The translations under genes and the position numbers were made by a program. The notes beneath the pieces were generated by a model, which worked only from the letters and a program-made list of their open reading frames with translations, was not told where the DNA came from and ran no database searches. Shown here one piece after another: positions 11,590 through 24,786 of a stretch of 64,000 nucleotides of DNA. Source of the stretch: Pecten maximus (Eukaryota); assembly GCF_902652985.1 (NCBI RefSeq), contig NC_047022.1, forward strand, positions 8,990,001 through 9,054,000, written 5' to 3'. Position 1 is the first letter of the stretch; every line of letters starts with the position of its first letter.

Positions 11590-12095
11590 CTCTAGCTAGG
11601 CTCGGAGATGGATGACTTATAGCCATCGTTTTTCGTCGTGCGAAAGACTTTTGTTGCAGAACGCTACTCCTCCTTAACCCTTGGGTGGATTACAACCAAA
11701 TTTAATGTGAAACATTGTTGAAGGAGGGTTGATTGGTGGGGCCCCAAAAGGGGACCTTTGCTGTGATTTAATTTGCTTTAAAAGCTTCTTCTATACTGTT
11801 CAGTGGATTACAATCAAATTATAACCAAATTTTGTGTGAACATAAAGGGATGGCAATCGTGAGTTATATAAATAAGGCTGGTGTGACCCCTGGGGTCAGA
11901 GGAGTGAGGTTTCCAAAGTTGAACTTTGGTTAAATATTGCTTTAAAACGCTACTACTTAATACAAATGGGAACTTGGCTGAAATTTTGTATTAAGATTCT
12001 GCTTTTCCTTTAAGCCAAAATGGATAAAAACCAAAATTGATCTGAAACATAACTGCTTGCGTTTAGATAATTTATGGTAATTTGTTATAATGATG
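11590..12095 (+). mobile_element. HINE-type element truncated by the duplication breakpoint
   Basis: Matches 20363-21029 minus one ~161-bp monomer. Ends abruptly at ..ataatgatg fused to TRIM coding sequence. Confidence 0.65.
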
Positions 12096-13355
12096 AAATT
12101 CAAGTTAGATCAGTTCAATGAGAAGTTATCAAACCGTCGGAAAGAGAGTAAAACATTCAAAGAAAGTGTCGATATTATCTGTAAAGATGTCAAAGAGCGA
12201 GGAACAAAGCTGAAGGCAGAAATAGATTCTATAGTGGACAATGTCCTTACTGAATTATCATCACTGGTTGCTGAAGAAGACAAACTCCTTAAAGAGGATT
12301 GTGAACATGGTGATAAAAGTGTCAAACAAATAAAGCAGCTGATCGAAGAAGTGGAGCAGCTGTCGGAAAATCCATCAGGTGGAACTTTGTTTGAGCTGAC
12401 GAGGAGACTTAGGACTACTATACCGCTTTATGACGTTACTGGTACGAGTACACATCCATACCTACCAAGTTTTGAAACCGGACAAATTGATACAGAACAG
12501 TTGACAAAAATGATCGGATTTGTTAAGGTCGGGAGTAGGAAGGATTCAACGCCTACATACGAGAAGAAGGATATCAATAATCAACATGTCCGAAAACTTA
12601 CTTCATTCCAAACCCCTACAAAACTGTCCATAGTATCCATATGTCCAATAGACGACATCTATGCATGGATATCAAGGTTTGAGTGTCTGGACCTGCTCCG
12701 AGTCAATAAAAAGGGAAACGTCACGGAGACTGTGAAGCTTGATTTTACACCTTGGAGTTTGGCTTTGACCAACTCTGGACTACTGATGACTCGAACGGAT
12801 CAGTCACCGTTGATACACAAACTGTTTGAGAACAGACGAGTGACGACCTTTGCTGACATCACTCCATTAAAGGCATGGTTTATCAGTGTTAGTGACACAG
12901 ACGATGTGTTCGTTAGTACTGGTACTACAACAATACTGGTACTAAACATGTCTGGGGACAAGGTTAGACAAATCTCGTGTGGACAGGGTGGGAGCTTTAT
13001 AGCTAGTTTGACCGGAGGGAATGTCGCGGTTATCACTAGAGGTATTGACTGTACTGAACTGAACATCGTCAACAAATTAGGTCAGATCATACACACGTGG
13101 AGTGGAGAACTGGACAATGGTCAGAAACTATCTCAGACTATTCAGAATAGTATAGCATGTGATAAATATGACAGAGTATTTGTACCAGACTTAGTTACTC
13201 ATCAGGTATACGTCGTCTCACGGAATGAGAGAAAGGCAAAATGTATCCTGGACAAGAAACACAGAGTACGAAAGCCAACGATAGTAGGTGTAGACAGGTG
13301 TGGACATGTTTGGATCGGCTGTCGTGATGGTACAGTACATATTATGCAACTCTAA
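12090..13355 (+). pseudogene. TRIM-NHL-like copy 2, 5'-truncated (lacks codons 1-129 incl. both B-boxes); open coiled-coil + NHL ORF with new ATG
   Basis: Repeat sequence ...ttgttataATGATG (same as 21017-21029) is fused at 12095/12096 to AAA TTC AAG, equivalent to K130 of copy 1 at 3329. ORF is open to the shared stop. Confidence 0.8.
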
Positions 13356-15638
13356 TCAACCAGGAGATGCAGCTGTAGATAAACTATTGATGGTGGGATA
13401 CTTCAATCCCTGTTCCTTACAATGACAGTTTAACTCTTTTTGAACTATTTGTCGACTGTTTCGACTATTAAGTTTTATACTTGTACATAAACACCACTTC
13501 ATTTGACCTTTTCTTATGACGATTACTTTACCTCCTCAAATAGCCTGCCCCGTTTTTCTTGTTTTATGATTGTCGATACAAGTAACAAAAAAATGAAAGC
13601 GAGTAATTTAACCAAAGGTGGCAACAAATGCATCGATAAAATGACGATCTGCTTATGTTTTAATCACTTGACTTTTAAAGTAGAATCTGTCTGTCCTTAT
13701 CATAGCCTTACTCATCCGACCAATCAGTGTCTAGTTTACATCTTGCCCGTGTCTGATTGATTCAGATAGGAAAAAAATCAAGCAATCACGTGAGGTACCG
13801 ATTCAAATGTTTCTAAGTCAACACCAACAGTAGATGTATTGTGTCAGTAACATCGGCCTGATATTAAATATTTTGTCTTTTGCTCACTTAGATACCCCCA
13901 TCCTACTTTCCTATACATGTAATTCTCTCAGGATTGCAGACAAAATTGATCATATCGAACGTTTGTAAGGATTAAATAACATAACCAAAAGGCAGAGCCT
14001 CCAAAAAGTGTTACCTCCGCTAAACTGGAATAGATTAGTGCAGTGATAAATTAACTCACCCATAATACCAACTATGAAAACAATCTACACGAACTATACT
14101 TAACACAATATTAATTAAGCGAGAGAGTTCCAGCGCTAAAATCCCTAAACTTACGCTAAAATATGTACGTTGACATAATGTGTTTAAAGTGTCAGTATAA
14201 TAGCCCTACAAGGATCAACAATATTCATGTTAAAGTAATGATGTCCAATTTTCAGGAAAAAGATTCGGAGGTTAATCAGTGATTTGCGGATATTTTGTTG
14301 TAGATATCGCTATTGTAAACAGATATTGTGTTATATATATAATGATATTATATACAATTTTGATGATAGATAAACATTCTTACAAGTATATATAGCACGT
14401 GATTGTGGATATTGTGTAATTGTCTTATACGGATATTGTATAGATTTCCTATATGTACGCTAAGCGTACTTCAAGCTACATGGTTTATTTTTGATAGGAT
14501 GTCAATTAATGAAATCTGAAGGCAGGAATGTTAAGTGAGAAGTTGTCACGTGTTCGTATGTATTGTGTCTTATAGCGTTTCGTGACAGTGTGAGATCCTC
14601 GTAACTACGGTAACAGGCTATGGCTAGTCAAGGTCGAAGGTCAGTGTTGTTGTTTTTTTGTTGGATCGCTAGCTTTGGAGATACTGATTTATAATTCAGC
14701 TTGCATGAAAGTATATGAAGAGGGACATCCTGTTGATGTTTGTGACATACGCGTGGTATTGACGAGAGAGAACGCTGTGTTGTGAATAAAGAGTCATCAC
14801 TGTAAACCAAGTTTTACTTTTTATATTTTTTCATATTACTGGGTTTATCTTTAGAAAATATAACCTTATGAACAATAACCATTATAATTTGATGATATAT
14901 GTACATAAAAACATCAATTATTAATTATAACAAGAAATATCTTTAAAAAAGATAAACGGCATAGTTTTAAAGCTGGTGGTTATAAGGTAAAACTGCTGGT
15001 GAAATAAATCAGAGATCTATATACTCTAGTTTATACAATGAAAGTCTTTGAATTATTTAACGATCTAATGCGTTTCAGCACGGGTAACAAAATTATATAA
15101 GTTTAAATCAGTTTTGGTGATAATAAGACTGCATTTGAATCGGGAATATAATTTTATTAATGTGTCATTTGAAAAGATTCATTCTGCATTCAATCTTAAG
15201 TTGTTTCGTTTTTAACTGCATATCTGCATTTTGCATTTACCGCTACATTGCCCAATCGCATACTTCATCCTGACCATTAACGTCACCTGTCGCGTCATAT
15301 CCGGGGCAAAAAGAAAATTATACGGCTATGCCGGAAAAGGTTATCACAAATCGTTGATCAACACTCTGGATATGTATATTTTGTGACATACACGATAAAA
15401 CGCATGCGCACAACAAACTAAAACACATGAAAACAAAAATGGCTTCCAACGTGAATCGACTGCGGTTGAAAACGATAACAGCTTCCGCAATAAAGAGAAT
15501 AATGGCCAAATGGGTCAAGACAATCCTAGAATTACACCGGGGAAGCAATACAATAAGATAGGAATAGTTCAAACATGAAAACAGCAGAAATACGGACGCT
15601 GCTAGTATTCTGCTTGATTGTTGGATATTAGGCCATAA

Positions 15639-15779
15639 CAAACTTGGTAGTATTTATACAAACTCGGTAATGTTTATACCAAACTCAGTAATATTTACCC
15701 AAACTCAGTAATATTTACCCAAACTCAGTAATATTTACCCAAACTCAGTAATATTTACCCAAGCTCGGTAATATTTATA
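15639..15779. repeat. Minisatellite, 20-bp unit x7 (duplicate of 6871-7011)
   Basis: Tandem copies read directly. Confidence 0.95.
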
Positions 15780-18700
15780 CAGTCGCTGTCACTATACAAT
15801 ATATACAATGTTTCCACTTATATACACATAACTATTTGCGCCGGAATATGTACAGACCGTGCTATTTAACATTTAAACCACTGTATATTATCGTTATCCA
15901 ACTAACCCAGATGGAATATTTCGACTTGTAAGCTATCGTGTGTTTGTGTTTACAAATGAAAAGTAAAGATTTAAAAATAATTTCCCTGCTAAATTTAGAG
16001 GGAGATTACCAACTAAATCGAGTGGTCAATCTGGACATAGGGATCGACTGTGAATATTGATATAGCACAGAAACATAACTGGAAAGGTACAAAACACGTA
16101 CATTCAGTGGAAGTAACAACGTTTTTAGCGTGATGTCCCTGTAATCATTCAACACGTGTTTATGTTCTTTTTCATGTCGAAATAATTGATTGTATATTCC
16201 CTCTATGATTGCTGTTGTAATGTGGTAATTACTATTTACCTAATAGTGTTGACGATTACCCTAAGTATAAAGATAATTATTATTAATATTCCTCTTGAAG
16301 TATTCTCTTCAATATTTTGTCATGAGCACGAATTCACATTAACAGCAAAACAGATAATACCAACATACAAATAAAGCCTCAGATTTATGTTTCATTGATA
16401 AAGGTAGGACAAAGTAAGATCGTGTGTTTCTGGAGAATAAGTGTCATCTCTTCCATCAACGACATCCGCCATGTTTTCAACCCAATATTACACCAACACA
16501 ATACAATTAACGATATGTTATGGGTACGGCGAGTTGTACATTAAACCATGGAACTAAACACTGAATATTCAGATTTTGAGAGCAGAGAAACAGAACCAAA
16601 CATTTTTTGTATACCTTACATCCCTTATTTCAATAGTCACTGGACCATACATTAAAGACGATTTTAAATTTCAAATGTCGTTGCAAAAATAAAAAAAAAA
16701 TCAATAAAAAATAAAAATAAAAAAATCAATATATAAAAATCAAACATAAACAAAAACAAAATCAAAGCAGAAAAATATTAATGATATATTCACTTTTGCA
16801 ATTTTTCGTCGCAAACGAGACAATAATTCGTCGAGATTCAAATATCTTTTATAGCATTTCTAAGTGCGATATTAAGTAAGACTTGTTTCAATTTTGCAAA
16901 ATAATATTAATTCTTCATATTATTGTTTCAGATTCTGTTAATAATTGTACCAACTCAATGTCGTTTTATATGACATCTACTATTGGTTTAATAATGGCTT
17001 CATTATATTTTAATCATTTTAAAACTACTTCAAACAGAACATATTGTACATACTTTATATAGTGCAATTATCATTATGCTTTCTTCCATTGGGAAGATTA
17101 CCTTTCCCCCTCTAACAATATATACATACAGCTAATGAACATGTCCAACTTGTAACTATATATACTGTGTTTGACATAATAAGTGCCCCCCCCCCACCCC
17201 TTTCTTTCTGAGAAGGATTATGGGTATACTTGCATCAAGGCAAACTAGTGTTTTGCTTTCCTCACTGAACTGCTTTTGTAATCTTTTATCAAAATAATGT
17301 TTCTTCAAACCTGGATTCACAAATAAGATTAGTTTATTTACAACCCATTCGTGATTTTGTAAAAGCAGTGTGCTTACTATGTCAAATACGGTAATTGGAG
17401 AAAAAGCATTAGTTTGAGAAAGACATTATTTCACATAAGCTTCCCCGGAGCTATACTGTCTGTAATATGTATTGTACACTGTGTTTTATGCATTTGGGAT
17501 ATTCAAGTAATATATATATCCAACTGGAGTAATCTAGAAATAAAGAAACTTCTGTGCATGCTGGGTGCTGGAGAAAAAGTAAACCTTATTGTAAAGTACT
17601 GTTTTAATCAAATCTCTTTTCTGGGTGGTCACTGTTTCTCGAAATTTAGAGTCCTCCTCCCGTTGGGTAGATATGTTACTGGAATAGCCTTAAGGGTTTT
17701 TACCTGACCTGCTCATTACGTAAACAATTTGTGTCAATGTTTACAGGGAGAAAGATGTATCCAGCTTGCTCAACATTTATTTTTAACTGGAGGAAGTGAG
17801 ACATGGAAAAAGTAAGAGATATTTAAGATCAACAAATGAGAGTTCGTGAGCGAGAGAGGGAATGTACTGTAAGTCATCTTATTTTTGTGTTTACATATAT
17901 ATATTTTCAAGACTTTAATGATAACGAGGGGGCCGAGATGAATTTCTAGGAATATAAATAAATTCTATTAGTTCTTTATTATCAAATGTGTGGGATATTA
18001 ATAGATTGTCTGTCAAACAAGGCTAAAAGGATACACATATAGGATACGGTATGTTCTCCTAATTTTCTCAAATTAGCAATTCAAAAAGTCATTTTTAATA
18101 ATTAAACACTTATTTATTATCAATATGAATGCAATCTGGGTGGCAGATAATAGAATGGCACCCATGTATCTGTCACTCAGGGCACAGTTGTTCAAAGGTG
18201 ATTAGGCTTATCACACTTTAACAACAATATTAAAATCCTGATCAAATTATATCTGGTAAAACGAACTTGACAAAATTTTAAGAGAACATAACAATGGTCA
18301 GTCTCTTCCAACCTGACTGTTTTAAGGAATACACACACTTAGGTTGTGAAGTTCAGGAGAAAGGAGATGTTCGTTATTAAGTGATCAAGCTAATAATCCC
18401 CTTTTAAACAATTTGGCCATGCATATTGACAAGCACTTATGTTTAACTCTTGTCTTTCTTAGATAAATACATCCTTTATTTTCACCCATTTCCCTGCATG
18501 TTCATTTGAAAGAAAGCATCTTTAGATCAAATTCATTTCTGTGATTGATTCACAACCAATCTGACACATGGTACAAGGCCGAGCCTCGAAAGTGATATAA
18601 ACATACATGTAGTTCCAAAATGACGTCATAGTAAAGCAATTGTTCTCAATCTGAAACTTTGCTGCATTGGATTCAGAAGTGATTCAGTGACATTTGTCGA

Positions 18701-20362
18701 AATGGTGTTTAAATCATGTCCTGTAATCTAGACAGCATCAATGCGCTCATATATGCAGCCAATATCAACATTGGGGTATTGAACCGGAGACCGCAAAGTC
18801 AAGTGTGAATATTGCAAAATAAGGTGATTTACGGTATACAAGGTGTGAGATAGAGATGTTTTGGGTTGGTTAAGGTGAGTTGAGATGGAAAGTGAAAGAA
18901 AAGGTTTTAAATAACGCGCATTTACATTTATATCTAATTTAAATGATGAACACGATATGTTGAACATATTCACACAAACCTCTCTCAACCCAGGCCAAAA
19001 GTGTATGGTAACGTTGAACGATTATTTTGCTGTCAGATGTGCAATTGACAAGAGCTTAACAATTGTTTTGACCTTTGAAGAACTAATTAATTTCTATTTC
19101 TGGTTCATTGTGATGATAATTTCACATTTTGAAGATTCGTAGTCTTTTATATGGTGGTGTATATTTTCAAATGATCAGCAGTTGTTTTATGCTGCACTGA
19201 ACTTAGTTCTTTTCTGTTTTAGTGTGAATTTTAAGTCATCATTTTAGTGCAATGGTTAATTTGTGTGCCAACAGGTCCCTTAAGTAATCTTAATTTCAAA
19301 ATAGCAAAAGGCCTTTTGTGCAACATGAGAAATGAAATTACTATGTTTATATACAGCATTTATCATATATACCTGGTAGTCGAGGGTCAGATATGTACCT
19401 GGCACAGGTGGAAATGATAATCAGCAATGTTATCAAACACTCTAGTCAATGTATAGTTTGTAATCACTCAAGTCCTAACAAAACTCAATAAACTAATTAA
19501 TACACTCGGACTTGATGTCTTGGTTATTTGTATCTAGGACTGATCAGATGACCTTATATATTATAGCCATTGTGCTTTGTTTGTTGTCATGCAGCCTGCA
19601 TGGACGCTTCACCACTTTGACCTCTGAAGTACGGAAAGGATTTTAGCCCAACTTACCAAGAATATTCCCTGGTGGAAGGGGATCTGAGGTAATAAATGAT
19701 GACCCTACTTTACTAAGTGATGAGGTTTCCTTGTCCAAGAAGGGGTACATTTCATATCAATAACAAGGAGGGATCTTGGAGCCGATCATCAGATGATCTT
19801 AATTGAATCTCTGCAAGACTGATATTTTCTCTACTTTATTTTTAGCTCACCTGTCTAAAGGTGAATTAAAAATCAGACGTAGAAATTAATTAAATGTATA
19901 TCATGCTGGGGTAAAGAGCTACCAACTTTTTCAAACTTGTTCAAATGAATGACTTTGACTTGCATTCAAGGTCACTGGGTCAAAAAGGCTAAAATCTTTT
20001 AACAACTTCTCAATAACCAAGAGACCCGGGGAGTTGATATTATGCTTGTAGCCTGCTGAGTAAAGAGCTACAAATTTTGTCCAAATGAACAACCTTGACC
20101 TACATTCAAAGTCACGGAGATCGGAAAGGCTACAATTTCTGTCACAGATTGGTCGTCAAGTTGTTTAATTGTTGATATATTTTGACAGGTAGTGTTGAGA
20201 CAGGAAACTGGTTTACCTATAGAAACACAGTAGTAAAATCTCTTTACATGAGATAAAAACATTTCGGTTAGAAATTCAGTACTGTATATTTAGTCAAAGA
20301 AAACAGAACAGATACAGAAAAGCATATTCAGGATGACCTACATATTCGCTAACCAAGGGTTA

Positions 20363-21098
20363 CTCTAGCTAAGCTCGGAGATGGATGACTTATAGCCATC
20401 GTTTTTCGTCGTGCGAAAGACTTTTGTTGCAGAACGCTACTCCTCCTTAACTCTTGCGTGGATTACTTCCAAATTTGGTTTGAAACATCATTGGTGGAAG
20501 GCCATCTTATTTTATATAAATGAGACTGGTCTGACCCCTGGGGCTGGAGGGGCAGGGCCCCAAAAGGGGAACTTTGGTGAATTCTTGCTTAAAAACCCCA
20601 CTCCATCTTAACCCTTGGGTGGATTACAACCAAATTTAATGTGAAACATTGTTGGAGGAGGGTTGATTGGTGGGGCCCCAAAAGGGGACCTTTGCTGTGA
20701 TTTAATTTGCTTTAAAAGCTTCTTCTATACTGTTCAGTGGATTACAATCAAATTATAACCAAATTTTGTGTGAACATAAAGGGATGGCAATCGTGATTTA
20801 TATAAATAAGGCTGGTGTGACCCCTGGGGTCAGAGGAGTGAGGTTTCCAAAGTTGAACTTTGGTTAAATATTGCTTTAAAACGCTACTACTTAATACAAA
20901 TGGGAACTTGGCTGAAATTTTGTATTAAGATTCTGCTCTTCCTTTAAGCCAAAATGGATAAAAACCAAAATTGATCTGAAACATAACTGGTTGCGTTTAG
21001 ATAATTTATGGTAATTTGTTATAATGATGCTTGATTGTGGGGTGTGTCCCTGCTGTAAGTGTTTGTCAGATGACCATTAAGGCCCATGGGCCTCTTGT
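20363..21098 (+). mobile_element. HINE-type element with ~160-bp internal repeats and intact 3' hairpin
   Basis: Same family as 1-408. Ends aaggcccatgggcctcttg. Confidence 0.65.
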
Positions 21099-21899
21099 AA
21101 TCAGATACGCACTGCACACATTATAATACATATTCAGTACATTTGAACGCATATTTTGATTTTCAGTAACCTATGACACTGTAATTGTTGTTGTAGCTGG
21201 TTTCACTTATCCATAGATGTTTACATGTACGCTACGCTTCAAAATTATGTTGATAGTAAGATAGTACACAATGCATGGGGAACAAACTATACCAAAGTCG
21301 TTTAGTATGAAAACAGAGACATGGTTTTTCTTGCCTGGATCCATGGAGGCCATGTTGGCAGCGGTTTTGCATTGGTACAGTGTTATTATAATTGCTTTCT
21401 GTCCGTCGTCGTTTATAGTACATCGTCTATGAAACCTTTCCATTTTCAACTTTTAAGTCAAATGTAAAAAATCTAAAACGATTTTTCTCAATATACAAGG
21501 CCAGTGCCATGATATTGGGCACATTAGCATGCTGGGATGAAGAGCTACCACGTTTGTTCAAATTAAAAACCCAAGATCAAATATGTTAAATCTAGGATAA
21601 AAAGCAAAACACCTTCTACCAGTGAATATATATCAGAATTCATGTGACATTTAAGCCCCATGGTAAATCTACAGAAATTGTCATTCTCCCCCATTTTGTG
21701 TATATGTAACCTTTACAGAACACTACTCGCTAGCAGTGACATGGCTATGGCGGATTGCCGCTACAGAAGTAACTCATTCAACTACAAGAAGCAAGAAACT
21801 TTAGCCTCGTAATAAACCTGTATGTGAGCGAGACATAACCTACAACGTTCTAAAGAATATAGTTGATAATTGCTTAATAGACTTGCTTTGGTATTTGAA

Positions 21900-22564
21900 A
21901 AGACCAAATGTCAAAATAATGTTCATGTTCAATTCGTTTTATTTGTCAATCTGAAACAATGCTATATATGGTTATAGTGCTTTAAAGAAATAACAAGGTC
22001 GAGCCACTCTAAGGGTCTTAAAGACCTCAACAATTGTTTTTAGAACATGCATTTATCACTTTATGACTAGTAGTGATTTAAATGAATTATGTTCATTTCC
22101 CCTATCGGCCCCCGTCCATTTGCATGACCCCTTGGGAGTAAAAGTCATCATTAATTGCAAAATCTGTTTCGTTTCCCCCCAAGGATGTTTCTGACTAAAT
22201 TGGGGTCAAATTCATTCATAACTTTATGACAAGTAGCGATTTAAATTAATCACCTCTATTTTCCCTATCGGGCCCGCCCCTTTGACCCCATGGGGGTCAG
22301 AGTCATCATATATTCATAATCTGTTCCCCTTCCCCAAAGGATGTTTCTGACCAAATTGGGTTTAAATCCATTCTTAACTTTATGACCAGTAGCGATTTAA
22401 AGGAATTGCCTCAATGTCTCCTATTGGGCCCAGCCCATTTGGCCCCATGGGGGTCAGAGTCATTACTTATGCCATTTGTAAATCTTTTACCCTTCCGCAA
22501 AGAAGGTTTCTGACCAAATTTGGGCAAAATCAAATAAGAACTTTCGGTCCAGGTGAGCTAAAAA
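21900..22564 (-). mobile_element. HINE-type insertion specific to the region upstream of copy 3 (~157-bp monomers)
   Basis: Ends tttcggtccaggtgagctaaaaa (minus-strand 5' tttttagctcacctgg). Monomers ..ggatgtttctgaccaaattggg... Absent at the paralogous site ~1553. Confidence 0.65.
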
Positions 22565-23139
22565 CCTGGTAAACAGCGTTTTAAAACGTGTAAAACATAT
22601 ATTTATAGACTTTTTGCCTGTAGTTACTCGAGTATCGATATATCTTGAAATCATTTAACTCACTTTGCCCTTTTGTCGTGGTGCGGCGACCGTCGTCCGG
22701 GTAGTTAGCCAGGTGGGCCGGTGTAACGCGGAAAGTGGACCTTCGTTAAAAATTGACCTCGGGTGACTTCAACGTTGAAAATTGAACAATCCGCAAATTC
22801 TTAACTCCGGCTGTGAAATATGGACCCCGTTGAAAACTGACCCTATTACAGATGGTTTACTATTTTATACTAAACCTTTTGAGGTTTGGCAAATAACAAA
22901 AATGTAAATAACCGCTAATAAACGTAAAAATATTACGACGTGAACCCTTCGAAATCTTATATTATAGGTCTCAACACTTTACCTGACACACAAGTCATTT
23001 AATGTCCTTGATACATGTGCGCATAATCTGCACCTTCCCATGTGACTTCAGTCATACCGAACAAGGAAGTTTAATTTGGATTGCAAATGGTGACGTGTCG
23101 TTTACAGTTTATGTTATTTACGTTCCCTTAGAAGCTGAG

Positions 23140-24786
23140 ATGGCGAGTAAACTATCTATTCGTAAGGCACAGGTACACGTGCCGGACACGTGTGCGTGGT
23201 GTGATAGTGTACAGGACGTGAACTGGTACTGTAATGACTGTCAGGAGGCTTTGTGTGACAAATGTAAGGAGACCCATCAGCGCGCGAGGAGGACAAGGAA
23301 TGATGACGTTGTACCGATAAAACAGGCGAACAAACAAGCCGAGGTGGTACTACCAGAGATATGTAAGAGACACCCCGGTAAAACATGCGATCTGTTCTGT
23401 ACAGAGTGTAACGTCGCCATTTGTTCAATGTGTTTTACACAGAAACATAAACAGCATGCATTCAAACATTTTGAAGACGAAATTAACACCCAGAAACATT
23501 ACATGCGTGAGCAGTTGGAAACATTAAAATTCAAGTTAGATCAGTTCAATGAGAAGTTATCAAACCGTCGGAAAGAGAGCACAACATTCAAAGAAAGTGT
23601 CGATATTATCTGTAAAGATGTCAAAGAACAGGGAACAAAGCTGAAGGCAGGAATAGATTCTATAGTGGACAATGTCCTTGCTGAATTATCATCACTGGTT
23701 GCTGAAGAAGACAAACTCCTTAAACAGGAATGTGAACATGATGATAAAAGTGTTAAACAAATAAAGCAGCTGATCGAAGAAGTGGAGCAGCAGTCGGAAA
23801 ATCCATCAGGTGGAACTCTGTTTGGGCTGACGATGAGACTTAGGATCACCATACCGCTTTATGACGTTACTGGTACGAGTATACATCTATACCTACCAAG
23901 TTTTGAAACCGGACAAATGGATATAGAACAGTTGACAAAAATGGTCGGATTTGTTAAGGCCGGGAGTAGGAATGATTCAACGCCCATGTATGAGAAGAAG
24001 GAAATCAATAACCAGCATGTCCGAAAATTTACTACATTCCAAACCCCTCCAAACAAATCCATTCTATCCATATGTCTAATAGACGACACCTATGCATGGA
24101 TATCAAGGCTTGACTGTCTGGACCTGCTCCGAGTCAATAAAAAGGGAAACGTAACGGAGACTGTGAAGCTTGATGTTGCACCTTGGAGTTTGGCTTTGAC
24201 CGAATCTGGACTACTGATGACACAACGTGATCATTCAGCATTGATACACAAACTTTCGGAGGACAGGCGAGTGACGACCTTTGCCGACATCAGTCCATTA
24301 AAGTCCTGTAGTATCAGTGTTAGTAACACAGACGAGGTGTTCGTTAGTACTGACACTACAACAATACTGGTTCTGAACATGTCCGGGGACAAGGTTAGAC
24401 AACTCTCGTATGGACAGAGTGGGAGACGTATAGTTAGTTTGACCGGAGGGTATGTCGCTGTTACCACTGGAGGCGGTTTCTGTAAAGACCTGAATATCAT
24501 CGACAGATCAGGTCAGATCATACATACGTGGAGTGGAGAACTGGACACTGGTCAGACGCTACCCGGAACGAGACAGAATAGTATAGCATGTGATAAATAT
24601 GACAGAGTATTTGTACCAGACTTAGTTACTCATCAGGTATACGTCATCTCACGGAATGAGAAAAAAGCAAACTGTATCCTGGACAAGAAACATGGAGTAC
24701 GACATCCAATGGCAGTAGGTGTAGACTGGTGTGGACATGTTTGGATCGGGTGTCGTGATGGTACGGTACATATTATACAACTCTAA
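23140..24786 (+). CDS. RING-less TRIM-NHL-like protein copy 3 (548 aa)
   Basis: Intact ORF with two B-boxes, coiled coil and NHL-like blades (e.g. PWSLAL, NSIACDKYDRVFVPD, HPMAVGVDWCGHVWIGC). The ATG is conserved in all five full-length copies, just after a splice-acceptor-like tract. Confidence 0.9.
   Translation: MASKLSIRKAQVHVPDTCAWCDSVQDVNWYCNDCQEALCDKCKETHQRARRTRNDDVVPIKQANKQAEVVLPEICKRHPGKTCDLFCTECNVAICSMCFTQKHKQHAFKHFEDEINTQKHYMREQLETLKFKLDQFNEKLSNRRKESTTFKESVDIICKDVKEQGTKLKAGIDSIVDNVLAELSSLVAEEDKLLKQECEHDDKSVKQIKQLIEEVEQQSENPSGGTLFGLTMRLRITIPLYDVTGTSIHLYLPSFETGQMDIEQLTKMVGFVKAGSRNDSTPMYEKKEINNQHVRKFTTFQTPPNKSILSICLIDDTYAWISRLDCLDLLRVNKKGNVTETVKLDVAPWSLALTESGLLMTQRDHSALIHKLSEDRRVTTFADISPLKSCSISVSNTDEVFVSTDTTTILVLNMSGDKVRQLSYGQSGRRIVSLTGGYVAVTTGGGFCKDLNIIDRSGQIIHTWSGELDTGQTLPGTRQNSIACDKYDRVFVPDLVTHQVYVISRNEKKANCILDKKHGVRHPMAVGVDWCGHVWIGCRDGTVHIIQL

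Larger units (their letters stand above)
3329..21029 (+). repeat. Recent tandem segmental duplication: 3329-12095 duplicated as 12096-21029 (offset ~8767-8773 bp, plus one ~161-bp satellite monomer indel)
   Basis: Spacers match almost base for base. Identical spurious ORFs recur at constant offset (4736/13503, 11297/20068). Confidence 0.95.

Noticed and set aside
3329-21029. The 8.77-kb duplicate as a pure haplotig/assembly artefact
   Set aside because: The copies differ by a unique junction, clustered coding tracts and a monomer indel, which favours a real duplication. Read-level confirmation is still needed.
23002-23139. N-terminal extensions in the ORF track (2897, 23002, 34888, 46026, 57481)
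   Set aside because: Mostly GTG/TTG starts that run through a splice-acceptor tract. The 23002 ATG extension is not open in other copies.
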